Assembly (NCBI GenBank): GCA_963740355.1
Contig: CAVUDW010000003.1
Location: 2,176,001-2,240,000 of the forward strand
Source of the DNA: an uncultured Gemmatimonadaceae bacterium
GTDB lineage: Bacteria > Gemmatimonadota > Gemmatimonadetes > Gemmatimonadales > Gemmatimonadaceae
Reading direction: 5' to 3'
DNA length: 64,000 nt
Below are positions 9,967 to 20,605 of this stretch, one piece after another (positions within the stretch are counted from its first letter, which is position 1; every line of letters begins with the position of its first letter). Made by a program: the position numbers and the translations under genes. The notes below the pieces were generated by a model. That model saw only the letters and a program-made list of their open reading frames with translations, was not told where the DNA came from and did no database searches.

Positions 9967-10899
9967 CTACTTGACGAGGCTGATCGCGACTGGCTGTTCC
10001 GCAGGCACCGACTCGCCCTTGATCAACCGCATCGCCGTGATGACCGCCATGCGTCCCATCTCGCGCGGGTTCTGGGCGATCGTCGCTGCCATGCGCTTCT
10101 CGCTGATCGCCTTGCGCGCATCATCCTGCGCATCGAAGCCGACGACGCTGATCGTGCTGCCCTTGCCAGCCGCCGCAATCGCTTCGAGTGCCCCCAGCGC
10201 CATGACATCGTTACAGGCAAACAGCGCCGTGATGTCAGGGTGTGCCTGCAGGATGTTCTGCGTGACGTTGAAGGCCTGGTCACGTTCCATGTTCGCCGGC
10301 TGCGACGCCACGATCTGCATGCCAGGTGCGCCCGCCAGCGCCTTCCGGAAACCACGCAGGCGCGCATCGGCCGTCTCATGACCCGGCACACCTTCGAGCA
10401 CCGCCACCTTGGCCGTGCCGCCAAGGCGCTCCACGAGGTACGCGCCAGCCATGCGACCACCGTCTTCGTTGTCCGAACCGATGAAGGTCGCAATCACTCC
10501 GCCATCGGCCTTCAACGTGGCCGCGTCGACACGGGTGTCGACCGTCACCACCGGGATCTTCGCAGCATTCGCCTTCACCACCGCTGGCACGATCTCCTTC
10601 GAGCCATTCGGCACCAGCAGCAACACCTTCACATTGCGCTGGATCAGGTTCTCCACGATCTGCATCTGGCGCTCGACGTCGATCTCCCGTTCCGGTGCCT
10701 GGACGATCAGCTCGATGCCGAGGCTGTCCGCGGCCGCCTTCGCGCCCGCCTCCATGTCGATGAAGAACTGGTTGTTGAGCGTCTTCACGACCAAAGCCAC
10801 GGTCGGCCTGGCTGTTGCCTCGGCCCCGCGATTGCAGGCGGTGAGCAGTAGCGCCGCTGTCAGGACGGCAAGGCGACGAACGGAAAGTGCAACACGCAT
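9967..10899 (-). CDS. Sugar ABC transporter substrate-binding lipoprotein (RbsB/AlsB-like)
   Basis: Lipobox LLTAC; VKTLNNQFF, FIGSDN, NDVMALG and VGFD motifs. Confidence 0.9.
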   Translation of the reverse strand: MRVALSVRRLAVLTAALLLTACNRGAEATARPTVALVVKTLNNQFFIDMEAGAKAAADSLGIELIVQAPEREIDVERQMQIVENLIQRNVKVLLLVPNGSKEIVPAVVKANAAKIPVVTVDTRVDAATLKADGGVIATFIGSDNEDGGRMAGAYLVERLGGTAKVAVLEGVPGHETADARLRGFRKALAGAPGMQIVASQPANMERDQAFNVTQNILQAHPDITALFACNDVMALGALEAIAAAGKGSTISVVGFDAQDDARKAISEKRMAATIAQNPREMGRMAVITAMRLIKGESVPAEQPVAISLVK

Positions 10900-10904
10900 G
10901 CGGG

Positions 10905-11882
10905 CTATCGGCTGGAACGTTGGGCGGAGCGCTGCACCCGTCGGCGGAGTGCCATGTCGATGAGGACGGCGACGATGATGACCACACCGATCGCCACCTG
11001 CTGAAGATATGACGAGACACCGAGCAGGTTGAGGCCATTGCGCAGGACACTCATGATCAGCGCCCCGATCAGGGTGCCGATCACCGAGCCCGAGCCGCCA
11101 AGCAGGCTGGTGCCACCGATCACGACTGCCGCAATCGCGTCCAGTTCATATCCAATGCCCGCGATCGGCTGCGCCGAGTTCAGGCGCGCCACCAGCAGCA
11201 TCGCGCACACACCGGCCGAGAGCCCGCTGATGGCATAGACGATCATCTTCCAGAGCCGCACATCGATACCCGCCAGTGCGGTCGCTTCCTCGTTGCCGCC
11301 AATGGCATACATGTAGCGGCCGAACACCGTTCGGGTGAGCACGACGTAAGCGACGAAGTAGAGAACCAGCATCAGCACCACTGGCCCTGGCACCCCCAGC
11401 ACCCGCTCGGTCGCCAGGACACGCAGGCCGTCCGGGAAGCCGGAAATCGGTCGCCCGTCGGACAACATCAACGCGGCACCACGCGCCACGCTCATCATGC
11501 CAAGGGTCGCGATGAAGGGCGGTAGCGGCCCGCGCGTGATCATCAGCCCATTGAGCGTGCCCGCCACGACTCCCGCCAGCAACCCAAGGCCCACTGCCAC
11601 AAACACTGGCAATCCATGCTGCAGCGCCGAGCCGATCACCACGCCTACCAGTGCCACCAGCGAGCCGACCGACAGGTCGATGCCGCCGGTGAGGATCACG
11701 AATGTCATGCCGATCGCAATCACACCGACGATGGCGCTCTGCTCGGCCACGTTGGTGAGATTGGCGGCTGTGGCGAAGAACGGCGTCGCGATCCAGAGTC
11801 CGAGGCAGAGCACGAAGAGCCCGAGTGCGGTGCCCGCTTCGCGGCCAGCAACGATCCGACGCAAGGTGGCACGCGAAATCAT
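10905..11882 (-). CDS. Sugar ABC transporter permease (RbsC-like)
   Basis: [15 protein letters not shown] and [16 protein letters not shown] motifs. Confidence 0.92.
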   Translation of the reverse strand: MISRATLRRIVAGREAGTALGLFVLCLGLWIATPFFATAANLTNVAEQSAIVGVIAIGMTFVILTGGIDLSVGSLVALVGVVIGSALQHGLPVFVAVGLGLLAGVVAGTLNGLMITRGPLPPFIATLGMMSVARGAALMLSDGRPISGFPDGLRVLATERVLGVPGPVVLMLVLYFVAYVVLTRTVFGRYMYAIGGNEEATALAGIDVRLWKMIVYAISGLSAGVCAMLLVARLNSAQPIAGIGYELDAIAAVVIGGTSLLGGSGSVIGTLIGALIMSVLRNGLNLLGVSSYLQQVAIGVVIIVAVLIDMALRRRVQRSAQRSSR

Positions 11883-11886
11883 GCGG

Positions 11887-13392
11887 TCATACGCCCACCG
11901 CGCAGGCCATCACACGTTCCGCCGTGGCCTCGTCACGCGTGAACTCTCCGGCAATGCGTCCCTCTCGCATCACCAGCACCCGATCCGAGAGGCCGAGGAC
12001 TTCCGGCAAGTCGGATGACAAGAGGATGATCGCGACGCCTGCTGCGGCCAGTTCGTTGATCAACGCGTAGATCTCCTGCTTCGAGCCGACGTCGATGCCG
12101 CGTGTCGGTTCGTCGAGAAAGAGGATGCGGGCGCCGGTCGCCAGCCATTTCGCAAGCACGATCTTCTGCTGGTTGCCACCGCTCAGGTTTTGCGCCAGCT
12201 GTCGGACCGACGGCGTGCGAATCCGCAGGTCACGCACCGCCGCCTCGGCCGTCGCGTGCTCGCGTGCACTGCGGACGACACCGAGTCGCGCCAGCCGCGA
12301 GAGGATCGGCAGCGCCACGTTGTCGCGCACCGAGCGGCTGAGGACCAGCCCTTCGCGCTTCCGGTCTTCCGTCACGAAGCCGATACCGGCCGCAATCGCG
12401 TCGCGCGGTGAGCGAATCTCGATCGCCGTGTCATCGACGTAGATCGTACCGCTGTCGAATGGTTCGAGTCCGAAGACGGCCCGCGCGATTTCCGTTCGGC
12501 CGGCACCAAGCAGACCCGCAAAGCCCACGATCTCACCGGATCGCACGCTGAAACTCACGTCGTGCAGCGTGTGCCCATGCGACAGTCGCTCGATGCGCAG
12601 CCGCGACGCGCCAGTGGTGCGCGGAGTCTGCGCCACCATCTCGTCGACGTCGCGATTGGCCATCAGCCGAACCAACTCGCGCCGATCAGCACTCCGGACA
12701 TCTCGCGTCGCCACATTCCGGCCGTCGCGCAGCACCGTGATGCGATGCCCGATCGCAAAGATCTCGTCGAGGCGATGCGAGATGTAGACGATGGCCGTCC
12801 CGCGCGCGGTCAGCCCACTGATGGTCGCAAACAGTCGCTCGGACTCGAGCTCGGTGAGCGCCGATGTCGGCTCATCCATGATCAGGATGCGCGCATCGAG
12901 CGACAACGCGCGCGCGATCTCGACCAGCTGCTGCTGTGCGATGCTGAGCGTGTGCACCAACTCGTTGGGATCGATGTTGGCACCGAGCCGCGACAGGTAC
13001 ACGGCCGTCTCCGCCACCATCCTCGGCTGGTCGAGCAACCCGAACCGCGTCGGCGCCCGCCCCAGGAACACATTTTCGGCCACGGTCATCTCGGGCACGA
13101 GTGCGAGTTCCTGGTGAATGATGGCGATCCCGGCATCACGCGCCGCGCGCGGCGTGGTCAGCGCGATGGTCTCGCCATGAATGGCAACCGTGCCGGCGTC
13201 AGCAACGTACGCCCCGCTGAGAATCTTCATCAGCGTCGACTTCCCTGCCCCATTCTCGCCGAGCAGCACATGCACTTCGCCCGGCCATACCTCGAGCTCG
13301 ACTCCCGCCAACGCCTGAACCCCGGGAAACGCCTTCCGTATGCCACGCATCGACAGCGCGGGCACCTCAGTCGGTTTGCGGTCCGGAATCAT
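11887..13392 (-). CDS. Sugar ABC transporter ATP-binding protein (RbsA-like)
   Basis: Two nucleotide-binding domains: [31 protein letters not shown]. Confidence 0.93.
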   Translation of the reverse strand: MIPDRKPTEVPALSMRGIRKAFPGVQALAGVELEVWPGEVHVLLGENGAGKSTLMKILSGAYVADAGTVAIHGETIALTTPRAARDAGIAIIHQELALVPEMTVAENVFLGRAPTRFGLLDQPRMVAETAVYLSRLGANIDPNELVHTLSIAQQQLVEIARALSLDARILIMDEPTSALTELESERLFATISGLTARGTAIVYISHRLDEIFAIGHRITVLRDGRNVATRDVRSADRRELVRLMANRDVDEMVAQTPRTTGASRLRIERLSHGHTLHDVSFSVRSGEIVGFAGLLGAGRTEIARAVFGLEPFDSGTIYVDDTAIEIRSPRDAIAAGIGFVTEDRKREGLVLSRSVRDNVALPILSRLARLGVVRSAREHATAEAAVRDLRIRTPSVRQLAQNLSGGNQQKIVLAKWLATGARILFLDEPTRGIDVGSKQEIYALINELAAAGVAIILLSSDLPEVLGLSDRVLVMREGRIAGEFTRDEATAERVMACAVGV

Positions 13393-13470
13393 CCCCGAAA
13401 TTACACCGCGGTCACCCCGAGCGGCGGGAGTCCGGATCGGTGATTTGCCGGTGCCCGGGTTCAGCTGCGT

Positions 13471-14385
13471 TCAGCGCTTCGCATCCTGCCGACGGATGAG
13501 CAAGGCGCCAGCGATACAGGTCAGCGCGCCAAGGATGGAGATCGCGGCAATGCGCTCGTGGAGCACGAGCATGCCAAGCAGCAGAGCGACCGGCGAGGTG
13601 ATGAAGATCGCCGCTGATGCACGGGTGGCGCCGAGCTTGCCCGACGCGACAGTGCTCAGCACGTATGCGATGCCGGTACCCAGCGAGCCCAGTGCCAACA
13701 GCGACAACACCGGACCAATCGTCCAGTGGCCGTGAATCGCCGCTGGCAGGCCGAGTGGTGCAGTGATGATCGCCGCCAGGCCGAGCGCACGAACCAGCAC
13801 CGGCAGCGCACCGTACTCGATCTGCAGCGGTCGCGCGATGTTGATCGCAATGCCGTACAACGTGATGGCAATCAGCACCAGCAGCACGCCGTCCATGCTC
13901 GCGCCGCCCGCGCCGAGATTCGGCAGCGCAACCATCAACACACCGGTGAGACCCACCGCCAGGCCAATCACCGTCGCTCGCGACGGCAGACGGCGGGCGA
14001 TGATGGCAGCCACGATCGCGGCGAAGAGGGGCACCGCACCATTGAGCATGCCGGCAACCGCCGTCGACACGCGCTGCTCCGCGAAGGGGAAGAGCGTGAG
14101 CGGTATCGCCATCCAGAACACGCTCAGCAGCGCGATCCGCGGCCACGCGGCGCGGGCAATCGGCCGGCGCGCCGCGGGGAACAGCGCGAGGGTGAGGAAA
14201 CCGGCGAGGATGCGCGTGAACGCCACCCCATGCGGTCCGACCGCCCGAAGCCCGTCGGCGATGAAGAGGAAACTGGCGCCCCAGATCACGCCAGGCGCGA
14301 CGATCAGGCCAAGGTCGCCCGCCGCGGCGGCGCGTAAGCCTTCAGGGCGTGACGGAGTGACGGGTTCGGTGGCAGCGGGTGTCAT
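13471..14385 (-). CDS. DMT/EamA family transporter
   Basis: IWGASF, about 10 hydrophobic helices, LGMLVLHERI. Confidence 0.88.
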   Translation of the reverse strand: MTPAATEPVTPSRPEGLRAAAAGDLGLIVAPGVIWGASFLFIADGLRAVGPHGVAFTRILAGFLTLALFPAARRPIARAAWPRIALLSVFWMAIPLTLFPFAEQRVSTAVAGMLNGAVPLFAAIVAAIIARRLPSRATVIGLAVGLTGVLMVALPNLGAGGASMDGVLLVLIAITLYGIAINIARPLQIEYGALPVLVRALGLAAIITAPLGLPAAIHGHWTIGPVLSLLALGSLGTGIAYVLSTVASGKLGATRASAAIFITSPVALLLGMLVLHERIAAISILGALTCIAGALLIRRQDAKR

Positions 14386-14410
14386 GCACCCAATCTACCG
14401 CGGCCTGACT

Positions 14411-14623
14411 TCACGACTTCGGTAGCGCAGCCCGATAGCGGCGGTGCCAGACGATGCCGGCGACGAGCGTGCCGACGAATGTGACCAGCAGGATGCTCAA
14501 CACCGCGATCGTCGCGGTATTCGGATGGCCGCGGGTCAGCTGCATCGTCTCGAGGACGAAGCCGCCACAGATGATGGCGACGCCGAAAGCCGTCTGCGAC
14601 TTGTTCTTGTAGTCGGGGGTCAT
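14411..14623 (-). CDS. Small hypothetical membrane protein (70 aa, 2 TM)
   Basis: GGAG Shine-Dalgarno before the ATG; two hydrophobic segments; fills the intergenic gap. Confidence 0.65.
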   Translation of the reverse strand: MTPDYKNKSQTAFGVAIICGGFVLETMQLTRGHPNTATIAVLSILLVTFVGTLVAGIVWHRRYRAALPKS

Positions 14624-14715
14624 GCCAGCTCCGGGAAGGATCCGTCGAAGGTGCTACGATCGTCGGGCAAGCGCCGGTTTCAAGCCCTGCTGTACGATAG
14701 CCGATGCCCCAATGC

Positions 14716-15960
14716 TCAGGCCAGCTCTTGCCGCAACGCGGTGATCAGCGCCTCGACATCGCGCTCCGTGTTGAACAAGTGCGTCGAAATCCGGTGCCCA
14801 TTGAACCACTGCCCAGGCACGACCTTCACCACGACCTTGTGCTTCGTCAACAGTCGCTCGTACAGCTCATGACTCTTGATTGACGCAGGAAGCACGTACG
14901 AGACCAGCGGTGACGCCATCACACCGCTCGCCGGGCTCACGACGCGCAATTTCGGCAGCGTGTGCAGCCCCGCCATCAGCTGTGCGCGGAGCGCGAGGTT
15001 GTGCGACTCGACGGTGGCGATGCCGATGGTGTTGATGTAGTCGATCGCGGCACCGAGGCCAAACACACTCGGCAGGCTGCAGACGCCGGATGATGCCGTG
15101 TACGCCTGGCGCCCGCTCTGGAGCGCGATCGGATCCACAGCAGGGCCCAGATTCTGACTGAGGTAGAGCAGCCCGGTGCCCTTCGGTGCCAGCAGCCACT
15201 TGTGACCACTGGTGGCATAGACGTGACAGCCGAGTGCCTTCACGTTGACGGCGATGCCGCCAACCGCCTGTGCGCCATCGACCACCGCGATGCACCCCCG
15301 CGAACGCGCCAGCGCGGAGAGCTCCGCCACCGGCATGCGCAGGCCAGTCGAGGAGTTGAGATGCGAGAACGAGAGCACCCGCGTGCGAGGCGTGATACGT
15401 TCGGCAAATCGCGCCACGATCGCGGTAGGATCGTGATCGTCCGGCGCAATCGGCAGGATGTCGAGCACCACGCCCTTCTTCCGAACGATGTAGTCCCAGC
15501 CGACGCGTCCGCCCGGATGCTCCTGATCGGTGGTCAGGACGTGATCCCCGGCGGCGAACATGAGCCCATCGGCGACCCAGTTCATTCCCTCGGTCGTGCA
15601 ATTGGTGAGCACCAGTTCGTCGGTGGCACAGCCAAGCATCGTGGCCGCCTTGGTGCGCACGTCTTCCAGCGCCCGTTCGTGTGCGCCATAGCCGTACACC
15701 ACCGGGTTCCGCTCCAACTCTCTCCAGGCGGCCATGGTCGCATCGATCACTGGCTTCGGCGACGGCCCGAGAGATCCGGTCTGCAGGTACGTCAGTCCCT
15801 CGTCGAGCAGGAAGTCACGGGCGTCGGGTGCTACGCCACGCTTCAGCGGCGCGGCGACCGCCCGCAAATCTCGGCTGGTCAATCGCCCTGCCACCAGCGC
15901 GGCCCCGATGCTCGAGACGAAGGTGCGGCGTGAGGCGTGGTCGTCGAAGGAGTTTTCCAT
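14716..15960 (-). CDS. Tat-exported class V PLP enzyme (isopenicillin-N epimerase/cysteine desulfurase-like)
   Basis: SRRTFV twin-arginine signal; QEHPGG, VDGAQA and SGHKWL (PLP lysine). Confidence 0.85.
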   Translation of the reverse strand: MENSFDDHASRRTFVSSIGAALVAGRLTSRDLRAVAAPLKRGVAPDARDFLLDEGLTYLQTGSLGPSPKPVIDATMAAWRELERNPVVYGYGAHERALEDVRTKAATMLGCATDELVLTNCTTEGMNWVADGLMFAAGDHVLTTDQEHPGGRVGWDYIVRKKGVVLDILPIAPDDHDPTAIVARFAERITPRTRVLSFSHLNSSTGLRMPVAELSALARSRGCIAVVDGAQAVGGIAVNVKALGCHVYATSGHKWLLAPKGTGLLYLSQNLGPAVDPIALQSGRQAYTASSGVCSLPSVFGLGAAIDYINTIGIATVESHNLALRAQLMAGLHTLPKLRVVSPASGVMASPLVSYVLPASIKSHELYERLLTKHKVVVKVVPGQWFNGHRISTHLFNTERDVEALITALRQELA

Positions 15961-16073
15961 GCGCCAGAGCGTAACGGCGCGTCGGCGCGCGCACCACTAC
16001 GAACCGACGAACCGTCCACTAGACTGGAGTTGTGCCCCGTCGTGCTTGACTCGACTGCCCACCCGCCCAGAAC

Positions 16074-17825
16074 ATGTCGAACCGCTCGGCCGTAGCGACC
16101 GTCGCGCGCGCACTCTGCGCCGCCTCCCTCGTCGTCCTTGCGTCCTGCTTGCAGCAGGCACCGGATGTCACATCGTATGATCTCGTGATCACCAACGGCC
16201 GCATCGTCGACGGTACCGGCAACCCGTTCTACTACGGCGATATTGGTGTGCGTGGCGACCGCATCGCGACCATCGCGCCGCGCGGTGGACTGGCGAATGC
16301 GGCGTCACGACGGAAAGTCGATGCCGGGGGCCTGGTGGTCTCGCCTGGCTTCATCGACATCCAGTCACACTCGTGGAATGCACTCCTGTTCGCCGATGGA
16401 CGGGTGATCGGCAAGGTATCGCAAGGCGTCACCACCGAGATCCTTGGCGAGGCCACCACGCCGGCGCCGTCGAACAGCAACGTTGACTCGCTGTTCGCAG
16501 GGGGTGATCCCGACGACGCGTTGATGCTGGCGCGGGTGAAGACGTTCCGCGGCGATCACGGGTTCGGGCAATGGCTCGCCGCCATGGAGGCGCACGGCAT
16601 TTCCGTCAACGCTGGCAGCTACCTCGGTGCGACGACGGTGCGCGGATATGCGATGGGGCGCGCGGAAGGCGCGGCCTCACCCGCGCAGCTCGACACGATG
16701 CGCACCGTGGTTCGCCACGCAATGCAGGACGGTGCGTTTGGCATTTCCAGTGCGCTGATCTATCCGCCGGGCAGCTACGCCAGCACCGAGGAGTTGATCG
16801 AGATGGCGAAGGCGATGGCGCCGTTGCATGGCACCTACATCACGCACATGCGAGGTGAGGAAGGCGGCCTGCTGGGTGCGATGGACGAAGCGATCAGGAT
16901 CGGCAAGGACGGCGGCGTTCCAGTGGTGATCTATCACTTCAAGGCGGCGGGGCAACGCAACTGGCCGCTGGCGGCGCCGGCGATCGCCAAGGTCGATTCC
17001 GCGCGTCTCGCCGGTCAGGACGTCAAGGCGACCATGTATTCGTACCCGGCGTCGGGCAACAATCTCTCGTCCTGCATCCCGGGTTGGGTGCACGCCGATG
17101 GGAAGTTGATCGCGCGCCTGCAGGATCCGTCACTCAAGGCGCGCATTCGCAGCGAGATGACCGATCTCGCGCCCGGCGCTCCCAGCCTCTGCCAGGACAA
17201 CCCACCCAACGCGTACCAGATCGCCGGATTCAAGACGCCCGACTGGAAGCAGTTCGAGGGCAAGCGGCTGAACGAGATTGCGACAGCATTGAAGATGGAC
17301 TGGGTCGATGCGATCATCGCGCTCACCATCGGCGAGAAGAACACACTCGGCAAGGTGACATTCGGCATGTCGGAGCCGAACGTGGCGGCGATGATCGCAC
17401 GTCCCTGGGTGGTGATCGGCAGCGACGCCGGTGGAGTCGATCCAGATACCACCACCGCACTCGTGCATCCGCGTTCGTATGGCACCTTCGCGCGCGTGCT
17501 GGGCAAGTACGCCCGCGATGAGCATGTGCTCACGCTCGAGGAGGCGGTGCGCAAGATGACCTGGTCGACCGCACAGATTCTTGGCCTGCGCGACCGCGGC
17601 CTGCTCAAGGAAGGCAGCTTCGCCGACATCGTGATCTTCGATCCCGCCACCGTGATCGACAAGGCGACGTTCGAGAAGCCGCATCAACTGTCCGTCGGTG
17701 TGCGCGATGTGTTCGTGAACGGTATCGGTGTCTGGCGTGACAACAAGCACACCGGTGCCACGCCTGGCCGCGCCGTCTATGGCCCGGGCTGGGATCGCCA
17801 GCGCCGCACTGTCGCACCGAAATAG
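16074..17825 (+). CDS. N-acyl-D-amino-acid deacylase family amidohydrolase, lipoprotein
   Basis: Lipobox LASC; IVDGTG, SPGFID, THMR, GSD, HPRSYGTF and ADIVIFDP motifs. Confidence 0.88.
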   Translation: MSNRSAVATVARALCAASLVVLASCLQQAPDVTSYDLVITNGRIVDGTGNPFYYGDIGVRGDRIATIAPRGGLANAASRRKVDAGGLVVSPGFIDIQSHSWNALLFADGRVIGKVSQGVTTEILGEATTPAPSNSNVDSLFAGGDPDDALMLARVKTFRGDHGFGQWLAAMEAHGISVNAGSYLGATTVRGYAMGRAEGAASPAQLDTMRTVVRHAMQDGAFGISSALIYPPGSYASTEELIEMAKAMAPLHGTYITHMRGEEGGLLGAMDEAIRIGKDGGVPVVIYHFKAAGQRNWPLAAPAIAKVDSARLAGQDVKATMYSYPASGNNLSSCIPGWVHADGKLIARLQDPSLKARIRSEMTDLAPGAPSLCQDNPPNAYQIAGFKTPDWKQFEGKRLNEIATALKMDWVDAIIALTIGEKNTLGKVTFGMSEPNVAAMIARPWVVIGSDAGGVDPDTTTALVHPRSYGTFARVLGKYARDEHVLTLEEAVRKMTWSTAQILGLRDRGLLKEGSFADIVIFDPATVIDKATFEKPHQLSVGVRDVFVNGIGVWRDNKHTGATPGRAVYGPGWDRQRRTVAPK

Positions 17826-17975
17826 TTGGCGTCGGGCGGATGATGAGTCCGTGTTACCACATCGAGAGCTACCGGCCACAAGCGTCGCGCTAACGCAGAG
17901 CACGAGCCTCTGTTCAGGGGAGATTCGGCGTGCAATACTGTCGCACGCTGTTTCACATTCTTCCCGGAGCGTCTC

Positions 17976-19091
17976 ATGTCATTGAAGCGCATTCCACTGC
18001 TGGCCCTGCTGGCGGTTGCCGCATGTTCTCGCGAGTCGACCACCGCGCCGGTCGACTCGTCTTTGAATGCGACGATCACTGCCCCCGTGGCGACCTTGAC
18101 GGTCGTGATGAGCGGCCTGGACAGCCCCCGAGGTCTGGCATGGGGTCCACACGGCGCACTCTTCGTTGCCGAGGCGGGATCGAACGTTGCCACCACGAAC
18201 TGTGTCACGCTGGCCCGCGGAGCAAACTGCTACAGCGGTAGCGGCGCCATCACGCGGCTGTGGCGCGGGCGGCAGGAACGAGTTGCGTCCGGGCTCCCGT
18301 CCGCCTTCAACGCGGCGACGCAGGATATTGGCGGCCCGCAGGACATTGCCATCTCCGGCCTCGGCATCGCGCATGTGACCATCGGCTGGGGAGGCGCACC
18401 GACGGCACGCGCCGGACTCGGTGCCCAGGCGCGAGGGTTTGGCTCACTGATCGCGGTGCTACCCAATGGTCGGTGGGTTACCGAGACCGATGTCGCTGCC
18501 TTCGAAGACGCGAACAATCCTGCCGGCGGCCCGACCGATTCAAACCCGTACGGGTTGCTTATGGAGCCGGGGCAGAAGTTCGTCACCGATGCCGGTGGCA
18601 ACTCGCTGCTGCGCATCCGGCCCGGCGGCCGCACGTCACTGGTGAGCACCTTTCCGTCGATCGCCGTGCCTGCTGGGCCGTTCAATCCGCCCTTCGCGCA
18701 ATCGGAAGCGGTGCCAACCTCCGTGTCGCGGGGACCTGACGGCAATTTGTACGTTGGCGGCCTGACCGGCGTCCCATTCCTGCCAGGTGCAGCGGTGATC
18801 TACCGTGTGGCCGAGGGCCGTGCGCCAGAAGTCGTGCTCAGTGGCTTCACCACGATTCTCGACTTCGCCTTTGCACGAAACGGCACGCTCTACGTGCTGC
18901 AGTATTCCAGTGCGCCGTTTCTCAATGGGCCCGGGTCGATCGTCAAGATCACACCGGATGGTGTGCGGACGACCATCACCACTGCGCTCACACATCCCAC
19001 CAGCCTGATACTCGGCGAACGCGGCACACTCTACGTCACGAACAACGGTGACAAGGCCGCGATCGGCGAAGTGTTGCGCGTCGATCAGTAG
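17976..19091 (+). CDS. ScyD/ScyE family beta-propeller lipoprotein
   Basis: Lipobox AVAAC; GLDSPRGL, FVAEAG, DSNPY, TDAGGNSLL, EAVPTSV..GPDG.LYVG.LTG.PF. Confidence 0.8.
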   Translation: MSLKRIPLLALLAVAACSRESTTAPVDSSLNATITAPVATLTVVMSGLDSPRGLAWGPHGALFVAEAGSNVATTNCVTLARGANCYSGSGAITRLWRGRQERVASGLPSAFNAATQDIGGPQDIAISGLGIAHVTIGWGGAPTARAGLGAQARGFGSLIAVLPNGRWVTETDVAAFEDANNPAGGPTDSNPYGLLMEPGQKFVTDAGGNSLLRIRPGGRTSLVSTFPSIAVPAGPFNPPFAQSEAVPTSVSRGPDGNLYVGGLTGVPFLPGAAVIYRVAEGRAPEVVLSGFTTILDFAFARNGTLYVLQYSSAPFLNGPGSIVKITPDGVRTTITTALTHPTSLILGERGTLYVTNNGDKAAIGEVLRVDQ

Positions 19092-19188
19092 TCAGTTCTG
19101 CTGAACAACATCGCGCGCGCGCGTCGGGATGCTGCCATGCTCCCGACACGCGCGACCACGCAGCGCGAGGCCTCTGCGTGCAGTGTCT

Positions 19189-20430
19189 TCACGGCATCCG
19201 GCCATACTTTCGCATCGCCGCAAGCATCCGATCCACCGGCATGGCGTAGACACGCAGGTCGTTCGCACCGGTGGTGGTTTCGGCGGCGAGCAGTGCATTC
19301 GTGATCGCTGCCTCGGTGGCCTGTGCGGTGGCCTTGAAGAGCGGTGAGATCCGGTCGTTCGACAACATGCGCAGCGACGACACACTATCTGCGGACCAGC
19401 TCTTCGCATTGGCCGTGCTGAAGGCAACGAAGATGTCGCCCGAACTATTCCCGCCGAATCCCCCTTGCCGGCCGATGCCGAGCGAGACGCGCGTGACGAG
19501 GCGCTTCAGCTGATGCGGGAGCAGTGGAGCATCCGTGGCGACGACGACGATGATCGATCCTTGCTCGGCGGCTTCGGCATCATCACGGCCGGCGGGCGTC
19601 GAGCATTTCCGGCGAGCGCGTGAATCGGCCGGAATCGGCGCGTCGTTCGCGATGCAGGCCGTCAGGTCGCTGATTTCCTCGCCCACCGGAACGCCCGCGA
19701 TGCGCAGATCCCGCCGTGACCCGAAGTTGCACTGCACCAGCACACCGACGGTGTAGCCTCCCTCCTCAGCCGTCAGGACACGCGATGCGGTGCCGATGCC
19801 GCCCTTGAAGCCGAGGCAGACCATACCGGTACCACCGCCCACCACCCCTTCCTTCACCGCACCACCTCGTGCGCTGTCGAGTGCGGCGATGGCGTGTTCT
19901 GTCTTGACGTGGAAGCCGTTGATGTCATTCAAGCCACCGTCGTAGGTCTCGGCCACCACCGGCAACCACCACGGCTGGAGCACGTTCTTGCGCGATACTT
20001 CCCAGCGGATGATCGCATCACGCACGATGCCGACGCTGTGGGTGTTCGTGATGCCGATTGGCCCCTCGAGGTAGCCACTCTCCTGCACCCAGGTGGTGCC
20101 GGTCATCTCGCCGTTGCCATTGAGCGTGAACCAGGCCCCGAACACAGGATCTGCGTTGTCCTTGCCGCGCGGATGCACGATGGTCACGCCGGTGCGCACT
20201 GGCCCCTTGCCGACCACCAGCGGCCCCGATCCGGAGATGATCGTCGTCTGCCCAACCTCGACGCCCGCGACATCGGTGATCGCATCGAAGCGGCCCGGCG
20301 TGCCACCGATCGGCAGTTTCAGGTCGTTCTCGCGTGGCCGCGGCTGTGACATCGCCGGCGGCGCACCAAGGCTCGCGAGCGTGACAGCCAGCAGGACTCG
20401 ACATGCGATCCAGCGATGATCGACCGACAT
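19189..20430 (-). CDS. dmpA: DmpA/S58 (P1) L-aminopeptidase/D-esterase
   Basis: AITDVAGVEVG, VRTGVT, NGNGEMTG, autoprocessing site G/SIIVVVATDAP and SGDIFVAFST. Confidence 0.88.
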   Translation of the reverse strand: MSVDHRWIACRVLLAVTLASLGAPPAMSQPRPRENDLKLPIGGTPGRFDAITDVAGVEVGQTTIISGSGPLVVGKGPVRTGVTIVHPRGKDNADPVFGAWFTLNGNGEMTGTTWVQESGYLEGPIGITNTHSVGIVRDAIIRWEVSRKNVLQPWWLPVVAETYDGGLNDINGFHVKTEHAIAALDSARGGAVKEGVVGGGTGMVCLGFKGGIGTASRVLTAEEGGYTVGVLVQCNFGSRRDLRIAGVPVGEEISDLTACIANDAPIPADSRARRKCSTPAGRDDAEAAEQGSIIVVVATDAPLLPHQLKRLVTRVSLGIGRQGGFGGNSSGDIFVAFSTANAKSWSADSVSSLRMLSNDRISPLFKATAQATEAAITNALLAAETTTGANDLRVYAMPVDRMLAAMRKYGRMP

Positions 20431-20605
20431 GACCGTGGGGGGGCGGAGAGGGGCGTGATGGAACGGGAGTGGTGGGAAGCTGCCACCCAGTTCACGCGCT
20501 CGCCACCGTCGGCGGAACGATGCGACAGAGTCACACCGTTAGAATGTCGCTGGTACGCCGTGCACGACCCGTCACGGCAGAATCGCGCTCACCCCGGTCG
20601 TCGCC

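Noticed and set aside
14655..14682. SigW-like promoter TGAAAC...CGTA upstream of the 70-aa ORF
   Set aside because: The spacer is 18 nt instead of the usual 16, and it occurs only once.
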